Source of the DNA: Nitrospirales bacterium
Lineage (GTDB): Bacteria > Nitrospirota > Nitrospiria > Nitrospirales > UBA8639
Direction: 5' to 3'
DNA length: 64,000 bases
Assembly (NCBI GenBank): GCA_965223295.1
Contig: CBDCWC010000002.1
Span: 416,001-480,000 of the forward strand
The notes below the pieces were generated by a model. The model was given only the letters and a program-made list of their open reading frames with translations. It was not told the origin of the DNA and searched no databases. The translations under genes and the position numbers were made by a program. This document shows positions 52,473-61,855 of this stretch, piece after piece (the first letter of the stretch is position 1; every line of letters begins with the position of its first letter).

Positions 52473-53711
52473 ATGTCTCGTGAACTTCCCATTTTAGAAG
52501 CCCCCAAGCTATTTGCGGCTCAGAACTACCGTGATGTCTTGAAGCGGGAGATGGATGGTGGGAAAATCCCTCTAAGTTTGGGAAAGAAATGCCCTGTTCA
52601 ATGCGAATTTTGTTACGAATTAGATCATTCTTATCGAGAAACATTAGATCCTCCAAAAACGACGCAGGAAGACTGGGAGTTTATGTTGAATTACATCAAT
52701 TCCCTCCCAACAGATCCCTTGCAGTTTTGGTGTTTGGGTGGGAATGAGTTTATGGAATGGACGGATCTTTTTCTCCACCCCAAAGCAATGGAATGGTTGG
52801 AAGACTTTTTAAAACACACAGATAAGAATGTTCAGTTTTTTACTGTCGGGTTTGTGCATGTACCCAAGATTCATCGATTAGTGGACCAATATCCTGGGCG
52901 CATTAATTTTGAGTTGTCCGTCATTACGCTCGGGGAGTACCGGCAGAAGCTGATGCCTCATGCTCCTTCGGTCAAACATTTAATGAAAGTGTTAGATGGG
53001 CCTGCCGTTTCCGCAGCTAATTTTTACGCATTTGATCAACATACGATGTCAGAAGATGCCAAAACCATTTCCCGAATTAATCAACAATGTGTGTTGTGGA
53101 TGGGTTGTTTAACGCCCGTAGGCGGTATCAATGACTCCACCAAGACTCTCATGCGGCAAGGCCGACGGTATCTGCCTCTTGAAGCGGAAAAAATCTATGA
53201 TGCGGGTCTGCCGAATTCAACCACAATCCATACTGAAGCCTATGTGACGGCTTTTTTGAACCGGCAGAGAATTATCAGTCTGTTTGATTCTTTGGAATTG
53301 GAAAAGCGAGATTCTGTCGTGACAGCAGGAAGTGTGTATAAAGTTTTGAGAATGTTTCGAAAGAACCGGGCCAAATTTTTGCATGTTCCCAATGCCACGT
53401 TGGGTGGAGATTCCGACTGCACGGTCCTCTTAACCCTGAATGATATTGCCAAGCGGTTGACCAACGAAAGAGTTCTTTATCTTCCCCAATGCGTGTTAGA
53501 GTCTGGAAGAGGACAAGGACGAGATATTGCTGGCGTGCATGTCGATGAGTTTGTGAAAATGACTGGCGTCAAAGTACGAATGCTGCGAAAAATAGACACC
53601 AAATTTGCGAATAATCGGTTGTATCGAAATGGCTCGTTAAAAAATTATGTGGAAGATTATGTACGAAACCCCCTCACACGTTCCTATGAAGCCTTTCCTT
53701 TGACAGCTTGA
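52473..53711 (+). CDS. Radical SAM protein with a DUF512-like C-terminal region
   Basis: CPVQCEFC; C-terminal VPNATLGGDSDCTVLLTLNDI and LYLPQCVL resemble DUF512 motifs. Confidence 0.7.
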   Translation: MSRELPILEAPKLFAAQNYRDVLKREMDGGKIPLSLGKKCPVQCEFCYELDHSYRETLDPPKTTQEDWEFMLNYINSLPTDPLQFWCLGGNEFMEWTDLFLHPKAMEWLEDFLKHTDKNVQFFTVGFVHVPKIHRLVDQYPGRINFELSVITLGEYRQKLMPHAPSVKHLMKVLDGPAVSAANFYAFDQHTMSEDAKTISRINQQCVLWMGCLTPVGGINDSTKTLMRQGRRYLPLEAEKIYDAGLPNSTTIHTEAYVTAFLNRQRIISLFDSLELEKRDSVVTAGSVYKVLRMFRKNRAKFLHVPNATLGGDSDCTVLLTLNDIAKRLTNERVLYLPQCVLESGRGQGRDIAGVHVDEFVKMTGVKVRMLRKIDTKFANNRLYRNGSLKNYVEDYVRNPLTRSYEAFPLTA

Positions 53712-53792
53712 TAGCAGAATGTTTTCCAGGATGAGTCCCTAGAACGAGCGTTAAATTGTTTTTGTAAGGTTTTTTCATCCGACGGATATTCG

Positions 53793-54725
53793 ATGGATCC
53801 TTCTCGAAAGTGTCTTCAATTTTACCAGGCAGATGTCTTTACAGATGAACCGTTTGGTGGAAATCCTCTCGCGGTCTTTCCGGATGCTGGCGACCTTACC
53901 GAACGCGAATTTCAGCAAATTGCCCGAGAGATGAATCTTTCGGAAACTGTATTTGTTCTACCGCCGAAAGACCCTAAGGCTGCGGCAAAAATTCGTATTT
54001 TTACCCCCTCACAAGAAATTCCCTTTGCCGGGCATCCGGTATTAGGGACATTTTTTGTATTAGGATCACTGAAACGGTTAGAGCTGCAGGAGCCTGTGAC
54101 CCATGTATTCTATGAATGCCATTTGGGGGTATTCCCGCTTGAGCTCATTGTGTTGAAAGGCAAGATTGAACAGGTGGCGATGTCCCAGCCGGCTCCAGAG
54201 TTTCTGGAGGTTGTCAGTGATGTTGCAGTTGTTTACGAACTGGCCAAAGCCTTTGGGATCCACAAATCGTTGATTGCCGACTCTCCCTTTCCCGTTGAAG
54301 TGGTCTCAACAGGTTTGCCCGTGTTGATTGTGCCGATTCGCACCCTTACTGGGATCAGGTCCATGCAAGTGAATCATTCGGCTGTTCAAGAAGTCTGCGC
54401 TCGTTTGGGCTCAAATGGCATCATGGTTTTTACCACGATGACGGTTGAAGAAAATGCCTCGGTCCATACCCGTATGTTTGCAGATCCAATTGGAATCCAT
54501 GAAGATCCTGCGACAGGCAGTGCAAGTGGCGCCTTAGGTGCCTATCTGGTGAAAAACGGTGTCGTGGAAGTGGGACCTATCACGGAAGTTGTGGTTGAGC
54601 AGGGCTACGAAATGGATCGTCCTTCTCGAATATTGGTCCAAGTTTCCTCAGATGATGATATGATTCAGGAAGTCAAAGTTGGCGGTCAGGTGGTCATGGT
54701 CGCTGAAGGCAAGATGGTCTATTAG
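53793..54725 (+). CDS. PhzF family isomerase/epimerase
   Basis: DVFT..FGGNPLAV, EMNLSET, EIPFAGHP, EDPATGSA, EQGYEM.RPS. Confidence 0.9.
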   Translation: MDPSRKCLQFYQADVFTDEPFGGNPLAVFPDAGDLTEREFQQIAREMNLSETVFVLPPKDPKAAAKIRIFTPSQEIPFAGHPVLGTFFVLGSLKRLELQEPVTHVFYECHLGVFPLELIVLKGKIEQVAMSQPAPEFLEVVSDVAVVYELAKAFGIHKSLIADSPFPVEVVSTGLPVLIVPIRTLTGIRSMQVNHSAVQEVCARLGSNGIMVFTTMTVEENASVHTRMFADPIGIHEDPATGSASGALGAYLVKNGVVEVGPITEVVVEQGYEMDRPSRILVQVSSDDDMIQEVKVGGQVVMVAEGKMVY

Positions 54726-54752
54726 ATAAGTAGTTGTGAGAATGCAATGCTC

Positions 54753-55292
54753 CTATTTCGCCAGTTCTCCGGCTATGTGACCTATTTCAGGAAGGATCAA
54801 CTGCTCCATGGCCAGGCGAACTGCGCCTTGTGAGCCTGGAATAGAAAAAACAGCAAGATGTTCATGGATGCCAGCTACTGCACGGCTGAGCATAGCAGGC
54901 GACCCAATGTCCTTATAGCTTAAATAGCGGAATAACTCCCCAAAACCGTCTAAGTGTTTTTGTAGAAAATCATCCACAGCTTCAAATGTCGAATCTCGTC
55001 GGGAAATCCCGGTTCCTCCATTAATAATGATCACTTGTTTGTCGGTCTGCTGAGCGGCTTGTTGCAGAAGCTGAGAGATTTCGGCTGGTTCATCTTTGAT
55101 GAGATGGTATTCGCTAATCGAGTGGCCTTGTTCTTTGAGTAAATGACAAATCAACTTTCCACTCGTATCGCTCTCTTTAGTCCGGGTATCACTGCAAGTA
55201 ACGACAACGCAGGAAAGGGAGAGAGTCGCATGGGCCTTATGGGAAACATGCGATGGTTGCGCATGGTCGGTGTGCTGGTGGTGATCACCCAT
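54753..55292 (-). CDS. MoaB/MogA family molybdopterin biosynthesis protein with a His-rich N-terminus
   Basis: VTCSDTR..DTSG, GGTGISRRD.T, SRAVAG, PGS. Confidence 0.88.
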   Translation of the reverse strand: MGDHHQHTDHAQPSHVSHKAHATLSLSCVVVTCSDTRTKESDTSGKLICHLLKEQGHSISEYHLIKDEPAEISQLLQQAAQQTDKQVIIINGGTGISRRDSTFEAVDDFLQKHLDGFGELFRYLSYKDIGSPAMLSRAVAGIHEHLAVFSIPGSQGAVRLAMEQLILPEIGHIAGELAK

Positions 55293-55319
55293 AGTGATGT
55301 ACTCTTATGTGGGAGGACG

Positions 55320-55646
55320 TTATGACCACACTGAGTCAGGGTTGAGTTGAGCTGCGGGCTCACCTTTTTTAATATGTTCGTCTAAGATCACCGCAACATC
55401 TTCATCCTTGACCTGTGAATACCAGGTCCCAGTTGGATACACCACGACATTGGGCCCTTGTTCGCATGGCCCCAGGCAAGTCGTTCCTGTCACGAGAACC
55501 TCTCCGGGTTCCACTCCACGTTCAATGAGTCCCATATTTAAGGCCATGAGTAAATTTTGTGCACCGGCTGCGCCACAAGACGGTTTTGGATGCCCGGGAG
55601 GACGGGCATTTGTACAAACGAGTATGTGATATTTTGGTTTTGGCAT
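55320..55646 (-). CDS. Thioredoxin-like [2Fe-2S] ferredoxin
   Basis: HILVCTN.R......SC, CLGPC..GP.VVVYP..WY. Confidence 0.9.
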   Translation of the reverse strand: MPKPKYHILVCTNARPPGHPKPSCGAAGAQNLLMALNMGLIERGVEPGEVLVTGTTCLGPCEQGPNVVVYPTGTWYSQVKDEDVAVILDEHIKKGEPAAQLNPDSVWS

Positions 55647-55705
55647 GGAGCCTCCTTATTGTGAATGGTGTTGAAGGTATAGAGAAGAGTCTGTCTGTTG
55701 TGATA

Positions 55706-56149
55706 TTAGTGAGAACGGAAGAGGTCCCACATATCACTGCATTCGTTTGGCAATTTCCAATGTCGGACGCCCGCCATGACCCAGTCCAAATAATGGTCTT
55801 TCGCTTTGAATTTTCCAATGGCTTGTCCGATATGGGTTGTGACAAATTCCTTTTGGTCGTTTTCCGTAAAGACATGAATTTCTACGTGGCGAAAAGCTTC
55901 TTCCGGGAGATCCCCTTCGAATTTGTCCAATTCCTGAACGTCTTCGGGAGTTAATTCAAACACGGACCCCCAGACGCGTTCACCGGCAGAGGGTGTAATT
56001 GTGGCGAGCCCGCACCGCCATTGATTAGACCATCGTCCGAAGGTGATGGTGTGATCCGGGACATAGGCGTTGAATAAAAATTGGTGTTCTGGGGCGCGTC
56101 GTTTCAGTTGGGTTGGATTGAGATTGTCGGCATACATAAAAAATCGCAT
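55706..56149 (-). CDS. Gamma-glutamylcyclotransferase family protein
   Basis: FFMYADNL (YFAYGSNL-like), VWG, LDKFEG. Confidence 0.75.
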   Translation of the reverse strand: MRFFMYADNLNPTQLKRRAPEHQFLFNAYVPDHTITFGRWSNQWRCGLATITPSAGERVWGSVFELTPEDVQELDKFEGDLPEEAFRHVEIHVFTENDQKEFVTTHIGQAIGKFKAKDHYLDWVMAGVRHWKLPNECSDMWDLFRSH

Positions 56150-56318
56150 AAATGACATCCTGTTCGTTGGAGGGACAGGTAGTATTACCATACTGCCTTT
56201 GCAGACTGTCAAGAAAAGATTTGGTCTAATAGTCGATGGAAGAAAGAGGAAAGGATAGTCAAGAAATGTTAGGCAACGGCAGAAAGAGGCATTCGGGTCA
56301 GAGAAACCGGAAAACGTT

Positions 56319-56867
56319 TTAGAAGGTCTTTGGGGTAAGGTGGAGTTGACGTTGCGAATGATCAAGGCGAACCAGAAAGCGATCGAAGAAACTGAGTCCT
56401 AGTAGACCATCAATGCCTTCAGGAAGATTGGGGATTGTGTGAATAACCACGCGAACATCATCCCGTCCGGTCTCTCCTACGCGAATTCTGGGGGCAATCC
56501 CCATCGTGGCTTGCACTTTGCCTCCGGCGGTCGTGAGGTTCACAGAAGAATTGCGAGGGTCAGATTTGATTCCAGTGTCAAAGGCGAGGTCTTCTGATAT
56601 TGTCGTAAACGTTGCCCCTGTGTCGACGATGAGTTTTGCCTGATGCAAATCATTAAATTCCACGCTGGCAATCCAGACTCCTCCTTCGCGTTCTAAGGGG
56701 ATTATCGAATCTTCTGATCCAGTCGTGATCTTCCCTGATGGTGCCGTTTCTCCTTTGACTTTCAGTAGCGTTTGATCGAGAGGGACTCGCTTGAAAATGG
56801 CTTGTCCTCCTACGACTGCTCCGATGATCACGAGTCCCATTAGGAGGAAAAATCGACTTGATCCCAT
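56319..56867 (-). CDS. Membrane-anchored retropepsin-like aspartic protease (TIGR02281-like)
   Basis: N-terminal TM; LIVDTGAT; DGLLGLSFF. Confidence 0.85.
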   Translation of the reverse strand: MGSSRFFLLMGLVIIGAVVGGQAIFKRVPLDQTLLKVKGETAPSGKITTGSEDSIIPLEREGGVWIASVEFNDLHQAKLIVDTGATFTTISEDLAFDTGIKSDPRNSSVNLTTAGGKVQATMGIAPRIRVGETGRDDVRVVIHTIPNLPEGIDGLLGLSFFDRFLVRLDHSQRQLHLTPKTF

Positions 56868-57229
56868 ACAAAAGGCTCCTTAGCAGTGCTGCAGAAACTA
56901 TTTGAGTGCTTGGTGGGTTCCCTGAGTCTGTTTGTCGGTTTCTTGGGGCGAACTCTTAACGGCGAAGGGATTTGTTATGCGTCGTTATGAACAATTTCTG
57001 TGATATAAAATTGTGTCTTTTGTTTTGTTCATTTCAGATCTTAGGGTAGATAAGTAGATGGCAGGAGATTTTTACTACAAACTACTTGCAATTGTTATTG
57101 ACATGTTTCAATGTACCTTCTTGCCTCAAATGGATAGAGCCGATCCCGTGGAAGAGGAAGTTTCTGTCTGCATTCACTTCCGGACCGAGTAAGTCCAAAG
57201 CAATCTTGAATGTGAACCTGGGGAATGGA

Positions 57230-59743
57230 TTACGCTAAAGAGATATTTTTGAGGCGTAGCGAATTGGTCACGACACTGACTGAGCTGAGAGCCATCGCGG
57301 CTGCAGCGAGGATGGGTTGAAGAAAACCGTATTCTCCAAACACCCATTGTAGCCCGTCCGGGACCCCACCTATGTACTGAAAAAATGGGTAGAGAATGCC
57401 GGCAGCTAGTGGAATGAGTGCAATATTATAAGCAAAAGCCCAGAACAAATTTTGGTGAATGGTCCGCATCGTAGACCGACTTAATTGAAAGGCCTTTTTG
57501 ATGCCCCGAAGGTCGCCACTCATTAAAGTAATCTGCGCTGTTTCCATAGCCACATCCGTCCCAGTTCCGATGGCAATACCCAAGTCGGCTTGAGCGAGTG
57601 CTGGAGCGTCATTAATTCCATCACCGACCATGGCCACGTGGTTCTTGCCGTGCTGTTGAAGTTTTTGAATTTCAGCGGCCTTTTCTTCAGGAAGGATCCC
57701 CGCATGAAATTGTGTAATGCCTACTTCAGAAGCAATGGCTTGAGCAACTTGATGATGGTCGCCAGTTAACATCACCACCTCGAGCCCTGCATCCGTCAGT
57801 TCTCGAACTGCTTCCTTGGCTTCGGGGCGAATGGTGTCGGCGACACCAATGACGCCTTCTATTTGTTTGTCGACACCCACCAGGACCGGAGTTTTTCCAG
57901 CTTGAGCCAGTGTTTGTACTGAATGAGCGACTCTGTCCATACTGCTGTTTCCCAATACTTTGGTCATATATGAAGTGTTCCCGATCGTCACAGTCTGTCC
58001 TTCAAGTGTGCCCTGGACGCCTTGTCCGGGAGTACTTGTAAAATTTGTGGGTTTTCTAAGCGTCACAGACTGTTGTACTGCGTGATCCACAATGGCTTCG
58101 GCCAACGGATGTTCCGATTGACGTTCTAAAGAAGCCGCTAGACGAAGAAGTTTCTGGTGATTCCATGTCGGGGCGATAATATCCGTGACCGTAGGTATGC
58201 CTCGTGTTAACGTCCCGGTTTTGTCTACCACCAGGACATTGATCCGATGAGCAGTTTCAAGAGCGGCACCATGACGAATTAAAATGCCTTGTTCGGCTCC
58301 TCGCCCTGTTCCAACCATAATCGCGGTAGGAGTTGCCAGCCCCAAAGCACAAGGGCAGGCAATAATTAGCACGGACACAAAAGTGAGAACGGCATAGGTT
58401 AAAGACGGTTCTGGCCCTAAGCTCCACCAGAGGAAAAAGGCTAAGGTTGCAATTCCCAGGACTGATGGAACAAAGATGCTGGCGATATAGTCAGCGACTC
58501 GCTGGATTGGAGGTTTGGAACCTTGGGCTTCCTGCACAAGTTGGACGAGACGGGCCAGAACTGTGTTCTTTCCAATTGCAGAAGTTTGAAAAAGAAAACT
58601 TCCGGAAGTATTCAGCGTACCGGTATAGACCTGAGAGCCAGGTTCCTTTTTTATAGGCAAGCTCTCCCCAGTGAGCATCGATTCATTGACAGAAGATTGT
58701 CCTTCTTGTACTACGCCATCCACTGGAATTTGTTCGCCAGGTCGCACAACTACGATGTCTCCCAATTGAACCTGTTCAATAGGAATGTCTTGATCTTCAT
58801 GGCCACGTCGAATTCTAGCTGTCTTAGGCCGTAAGCCCATGAGTGTGTGAATTGCTGAGGATGTTTGATTTTTTGCACGAGATTCCAGATAGCGTCCCAA
58901 GAGAATCAAGGCAATAATGATGACAGCCGTGTCGTAGTATATGGCTGCCGCAATTCCGGGGGTTTCGACGAGTGACGGGACAAAGGTCGCAACCGCGCTG
59001 TATCCATAAGCCGCTAGTGTGCCGATTGCAATGAGAGTGTTCATATTCGTCGTGCGATGTTTCGCTGATTTCCATGCGGCAGAATAAATTGGCTGTCCGG
59101 CCCACAACAAAACGAAACTGGTCAGAATGAAGAGGCTGGTATGACGAACTCCCATTGGCAAGACGGAGAAGCTTGGCAGCAAGTTCATTGTGCCCAGCAT
59201 AACAAGAAGCCCAGCAATTCCACTTACAATAGCTCGTTGAAGTAGTAGGCGTTCCTCAGTCTTTTGCGATTCAGGTATTTCTGCATTGGACGAAAACCCG
59301 CTTTCCGGTTCAAGGAGAATAGAATATCCTGCATCTCTAATGGCCTGTTGAAGCTCATGTGCTTTGGTGTCTGAAGCCCATGTGGTAATGGTGGCTGTGT
59401 GTGTTGCTAAGTTGACATTTGCGGTTTGAACGCCAGGCACAGCTCGTACGGCTTTTTCGACATGATTGACGCAGGACGCACAGGTCATTCCACCAATGTT
59501 TATCGTGTGAGTCTCAAGGGGGATTTCATACCCACCTTTCTCAATGGCATTAGTGAGTAATTGAGTTGATGCAAGGGTGGGATCAAAATCCACAGAGGCT
59601 GTTTGGGTGGCCAGGTTTACGGAGGCAAGTGATACCCCTGGGATGGCTTTCAAGGCACGTTCCACGTGACTGACACATGAAGCGCATGTCATCCCACGAA
59701 TAGGAAGTGAGGCATGGGTGACTTGAGTTGTCATAACAGTCAA
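57230..59743 (-). CDS. copA: Copper-translocating P1B-type ATPase
   Basis: Two GMTCASC HMA domains, [32 protein letters not shown]...SS. Confidence 0.95.
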   Translation of the reverse strand: MTVMTTQVTHASLPIRGMTCASCVSHVERALKAIPGVSLASVNLATQTASVDFDPTLASTQLLTNAIEKGGYEIPLETHTINIGGMTCASCVNHVEKAVRAVPGVQTANVNLATHTATITTWASDTKAHELQQAIRDAGYSILLEPESGFSSNAEIPESQKTEERLLLQRAIVSGIAGLLVMLGTMNLLPSFSVLPMGVRHTSLFILTSFVLLWAGQPIYSAAWKSAKHRTTNMNTLIAIGTLAAYGYSAVATFVPSLVETPGIAAAIYYDTAVIIIALILLGRYLESRAKNQTSSAIHTLMGLRPKTARIRRGHEDQDIPIEQVQLGDIVVVRPGEQIPVDGVVQEGQSSVNESMLTGESLPIKKEPGSQVYTGTLNTSGSFLFQTSAIGKNTVLARLVQLVQEAQGSKPPIQRVADYIASIFVPSVLGIATLAFFLWWSLGPEPSLTYAVLTFVSVLIIACPCALGLATPTAIMVGTGRGAEQGILIRHGAALETAHRINVLVVDKTGTLTRGIPTVTDIIAPTWNHQKLLRLAASLERQSEHPLAEAIVDHAVQQSVTLRKPTNFTSTPGQGVQGTLEGQTVTIGNTSYMTKVLGNSSMDRVAHSVQTLAQAGKTPVLVGVDKQIEGVIGVADTIRPEAKEAVRELTDAGLEVVMLTGDHHQVAQAIASEVGITQFHAGILPEEKAAEIQKLQQHGKNHVAMVGDGINDAPALAQADLGIAIGTGTDVAMETAQITLMSGDLRGIKKAFQLSRSTMRTIHQNLFWAFAYNIALIPLAAGILYPFFQYIGGVPDGLQWVFGEYGFLQPILAAAAMALSSVSVVTNSLRLKNISLA

Positions 59744-59746
59744 TCG

Positions 59747-59968
59747 TTACTGTGGTGGTTGCCCCATCGTGTAGCCAGCTTCTTTGAGCGTTGATACCAT
59801 TGTTTCATAGGTCAGCAGGGTGGAGTCATATTCTACCATTGCTTCCTGTTTTTCGAGATTCACTGCAAGCTGAGAAATACCAGGAAGACTGTTGAACGCT
59901 TGTTCCACATGTCGTACGCAATTGCCGCAGGTCATGCCCTGAATAGGAAAATATTCACGTTTGGTCAT
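59747..59968 (-). CDS. copZ: Copper chaperone (HMA domain)
   Basis: GMTCGNC; 73 aa. Confidence 0.88.
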   Translation of the reverse strand: MTKREYFPIQGMTCGNCVRHVEQAFNSLPGISQLAVNLEKQEAMVEYDSTLLTYETMVSTLKEAGYTMGQPPQ

Positions 59969-59996
59969 TTTTCCGCCTCCTTGTTAAGACACCAGT

Positions 59997-60260
59997 TTAC
60001 CGCCCAACCGTATAGAGTGAGCGAAGTTCATTAATAATCTGTTCGGCCTTGCCTTTTTGAATGCCATCCACCACACAAGTTTGAAGGTGGCCGTCAAGTA
60101 GTAGCGCTTCAAGCTTTTCAATGGCTTTTCGAATCGCATGCGTTTGTTTCAAAATATCGACGCAATAGCGGTCTTCTTCCAGCATTTTTCTGACGCCCTG
60201 CAGATGTCCTTCAATATAGGCCAATCGTTTGATGGCATCAGAATGAATATCTGGGGTCAT
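59997..60260 (-). CDS. csoR: CsoR family copper-sensing repressor
   Basis: RL..IEGH..GV.KM....YC; HLQTC. Confidence 0.88.
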   Translation of the reverse strand: MTPDIHSDAIKRLAYIEGHLQGVRKMLEEDRYCVDILKQTHAIRKAIEKLEALLLDGHLQTCVVDGIQKGKAEQIINELRSLYTVGR

Positions 60261-60295
60261 AGATGAGTTCTCCTCTTAGTCCTTGATTTTTTATA

Positions 60296-60318
60296 ACCCA
60301 TACCCATAGGGTATGGGT
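60296..60318. promoter_or_regulatory. CsoR operator
   Basis: Perfect inverted repeat ACCCATACCC-ATA-GGGTATGGGT (TACCC..GGGTA core) ~35 nt upstream of csoR. Confidence 0.8.
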
Positions 60319-60535
60319 ATATTCTCATTTCTCTCATCCTGAGTCAAGACTGGAATTTCTGGTGGGTTGAGAGTTATGCCAATTTGTTGCGTGTTAGGAC
60401 GAGAAGGTTTTTGGTTAACGTCGTTGTTGAATGTTCTTGCCTTCTATCCGAGAAACAGATGTTTCACTTCATTGTTCATCCTTAAGTCTGTGATCTCTTC
60501 CTCCGACAAACATGGAAAACGGAGGGAGTTTCTTT

Positions 60536-61093
60536 ATGTTTTTACGATTACTTGGAATAATTGTCGTATGTTCAGTTTGGGGTTGCGAATCCCTATCGAT
60601 GAATCATCGTACGTCGGAAGCCGAACAAACCGTTCCGACCAAGCCGATTTTGACGTCCTTTCCCACAGCACTCGACCCTGAATCATCGGCTCTTGCTGAT
60701 CGTATGGTGATTCCTGAGAATGCAGGTGAGCAGAAAGTCTCTGAGATGCACACGCAGGTTGAACCTTTTCCGACAATTTATTTCCCATTTGATAGTTGGG
60801 AAATTACTCCTGAAGTGAGGGAACGTCTTGATGCTACCGCAGAATGGATGACACATTTTTCAAGCTATGGACTCACCATTGAGGGCCATACCGATATTCG
60901 AGGGAGTGAAAGTTATAATATGGTGTTAGGTGTAAAACGGGCCAAGGCGGTAAAAGAATATCTAGTACATTTGGGTGTTCCCCGTACTCGCTTAGATATC
61001 GTTTCCTATGGAAATGTCTTAGTGCTTTGTGATGTAGATGATGAACACCGCTGTCATCAATTCAATCGGCGGGCCGACTTACTGTTGGAATAG
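60536..61093 (+). CDS. OmpA/Pal family peptidoglycan-associated lipoprotein
   Basis: Lipobox VWGC; IYFPFD, IEGHTD.RG...YN..LG..RA..V, SYG, NRR. Confidence 0.88.
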   Translation: MFLRLLGIIVVCSVWGCESLSMNHRTSEAEQTVPTKPILTSFPTALDPESSALADRMVIPENAGEQKVSEMHTQVEPFPTIYFPFDSWEITPEVRERLDATAEWMTHFSSYGLTIEGHTDIRGSESYNMVLGVKRAKAVKEYLVHLGVPRTRLDIVSYGNVLVLCDVDDEHRCHQFNRRADLLLE

Positions 61094-61797
61094 ATATTTT
61101 TGAAGCTCCAGTGAGCAGTCTCGTCTTTTTTTATCTAACCTATCAGAGTTTCTTGTTCTCTCCTTGTCGTTAAACATGCAAGGAGTATGTTCGCAACGAT
61201 AGCGGTCCCTCTCTTTTTCTGGTTATCCCTTACCTTTCCGGACGGGTTTCTTCCCTGCGCCTTGGTTGTACGTATGCGTCTCGAGAATGGAGGCCATTGT
61301 GAAAATTCTCAGCAATCAAAGCTTAAGAGACTGTGAGACGTTGGGTTTTCCTGCGATGCTTGTTCCTTTCTTCTCTGTTAGTGAGTCCCACCCACTTTTT
61401 TAATTAAAAAACAATACATTTTTAAAGGGTTTTCTGTTTCAGCTTGAGGCCGACTGAAAGAGTTGAAGTTATTCACCGTTTTTGTTCCCATGGGGGTAAC
61501 TATGGGAACAGCCTCGTGGAGTTGTAAGGAGAAAAGATCTATAACTCACGGAATACATCGTATCGTGGCGAAGTCCTAAGGAATGAAAACTCTTTACTCA
61601 GTAAGGATGAAATATGCCTTGAAATCATACTGAGGCCCCAGCAAGCGGTGAAAGGGGCTTACGGCAGCTATAGGTTAGATAATCGCTGAGGCTGTTAAAA
61701 AGGTCAACGGCAAACAGTTGATAGGCCACTCTGAAAATTTGAGGGACTCGCCTAGTTATGTCTTATCAAACCAGGTTGTATCTATCGGTAAGCCAGC

Positions 61798-61813
61798 CGG
61801 CAAACCGTATGCA
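61798..61813 (+). promoter_or_regulatory. Possible sigma54 (-24/-12) promoter for the LodA-like gene
   Basis: CGGCAAACCGTATGCA has GG-N10-GC spacing, ~40 nt before an AGGAGG-preceded ATG; weak match. Confidence 0.25.
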
Positions 61814-61855
61814 TGATTTATAACGGACAGTAAATCCTAAACAAGGAGGAAAGCG

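Noticed and set aside
55706-56365. 219-aa ORF as listed in the track
   Set aside because: The N-terminal extension overlaps the upstream gene and lacks homology cues; the real start is near 56149-56158.
61700-61815. c-di-GMP-I riboswitch (two GGCAAAC motifs)
   Set aside because: The GAAA-capped P2 stem and GGACGCAAAGC junction cannot be formed convincingly.
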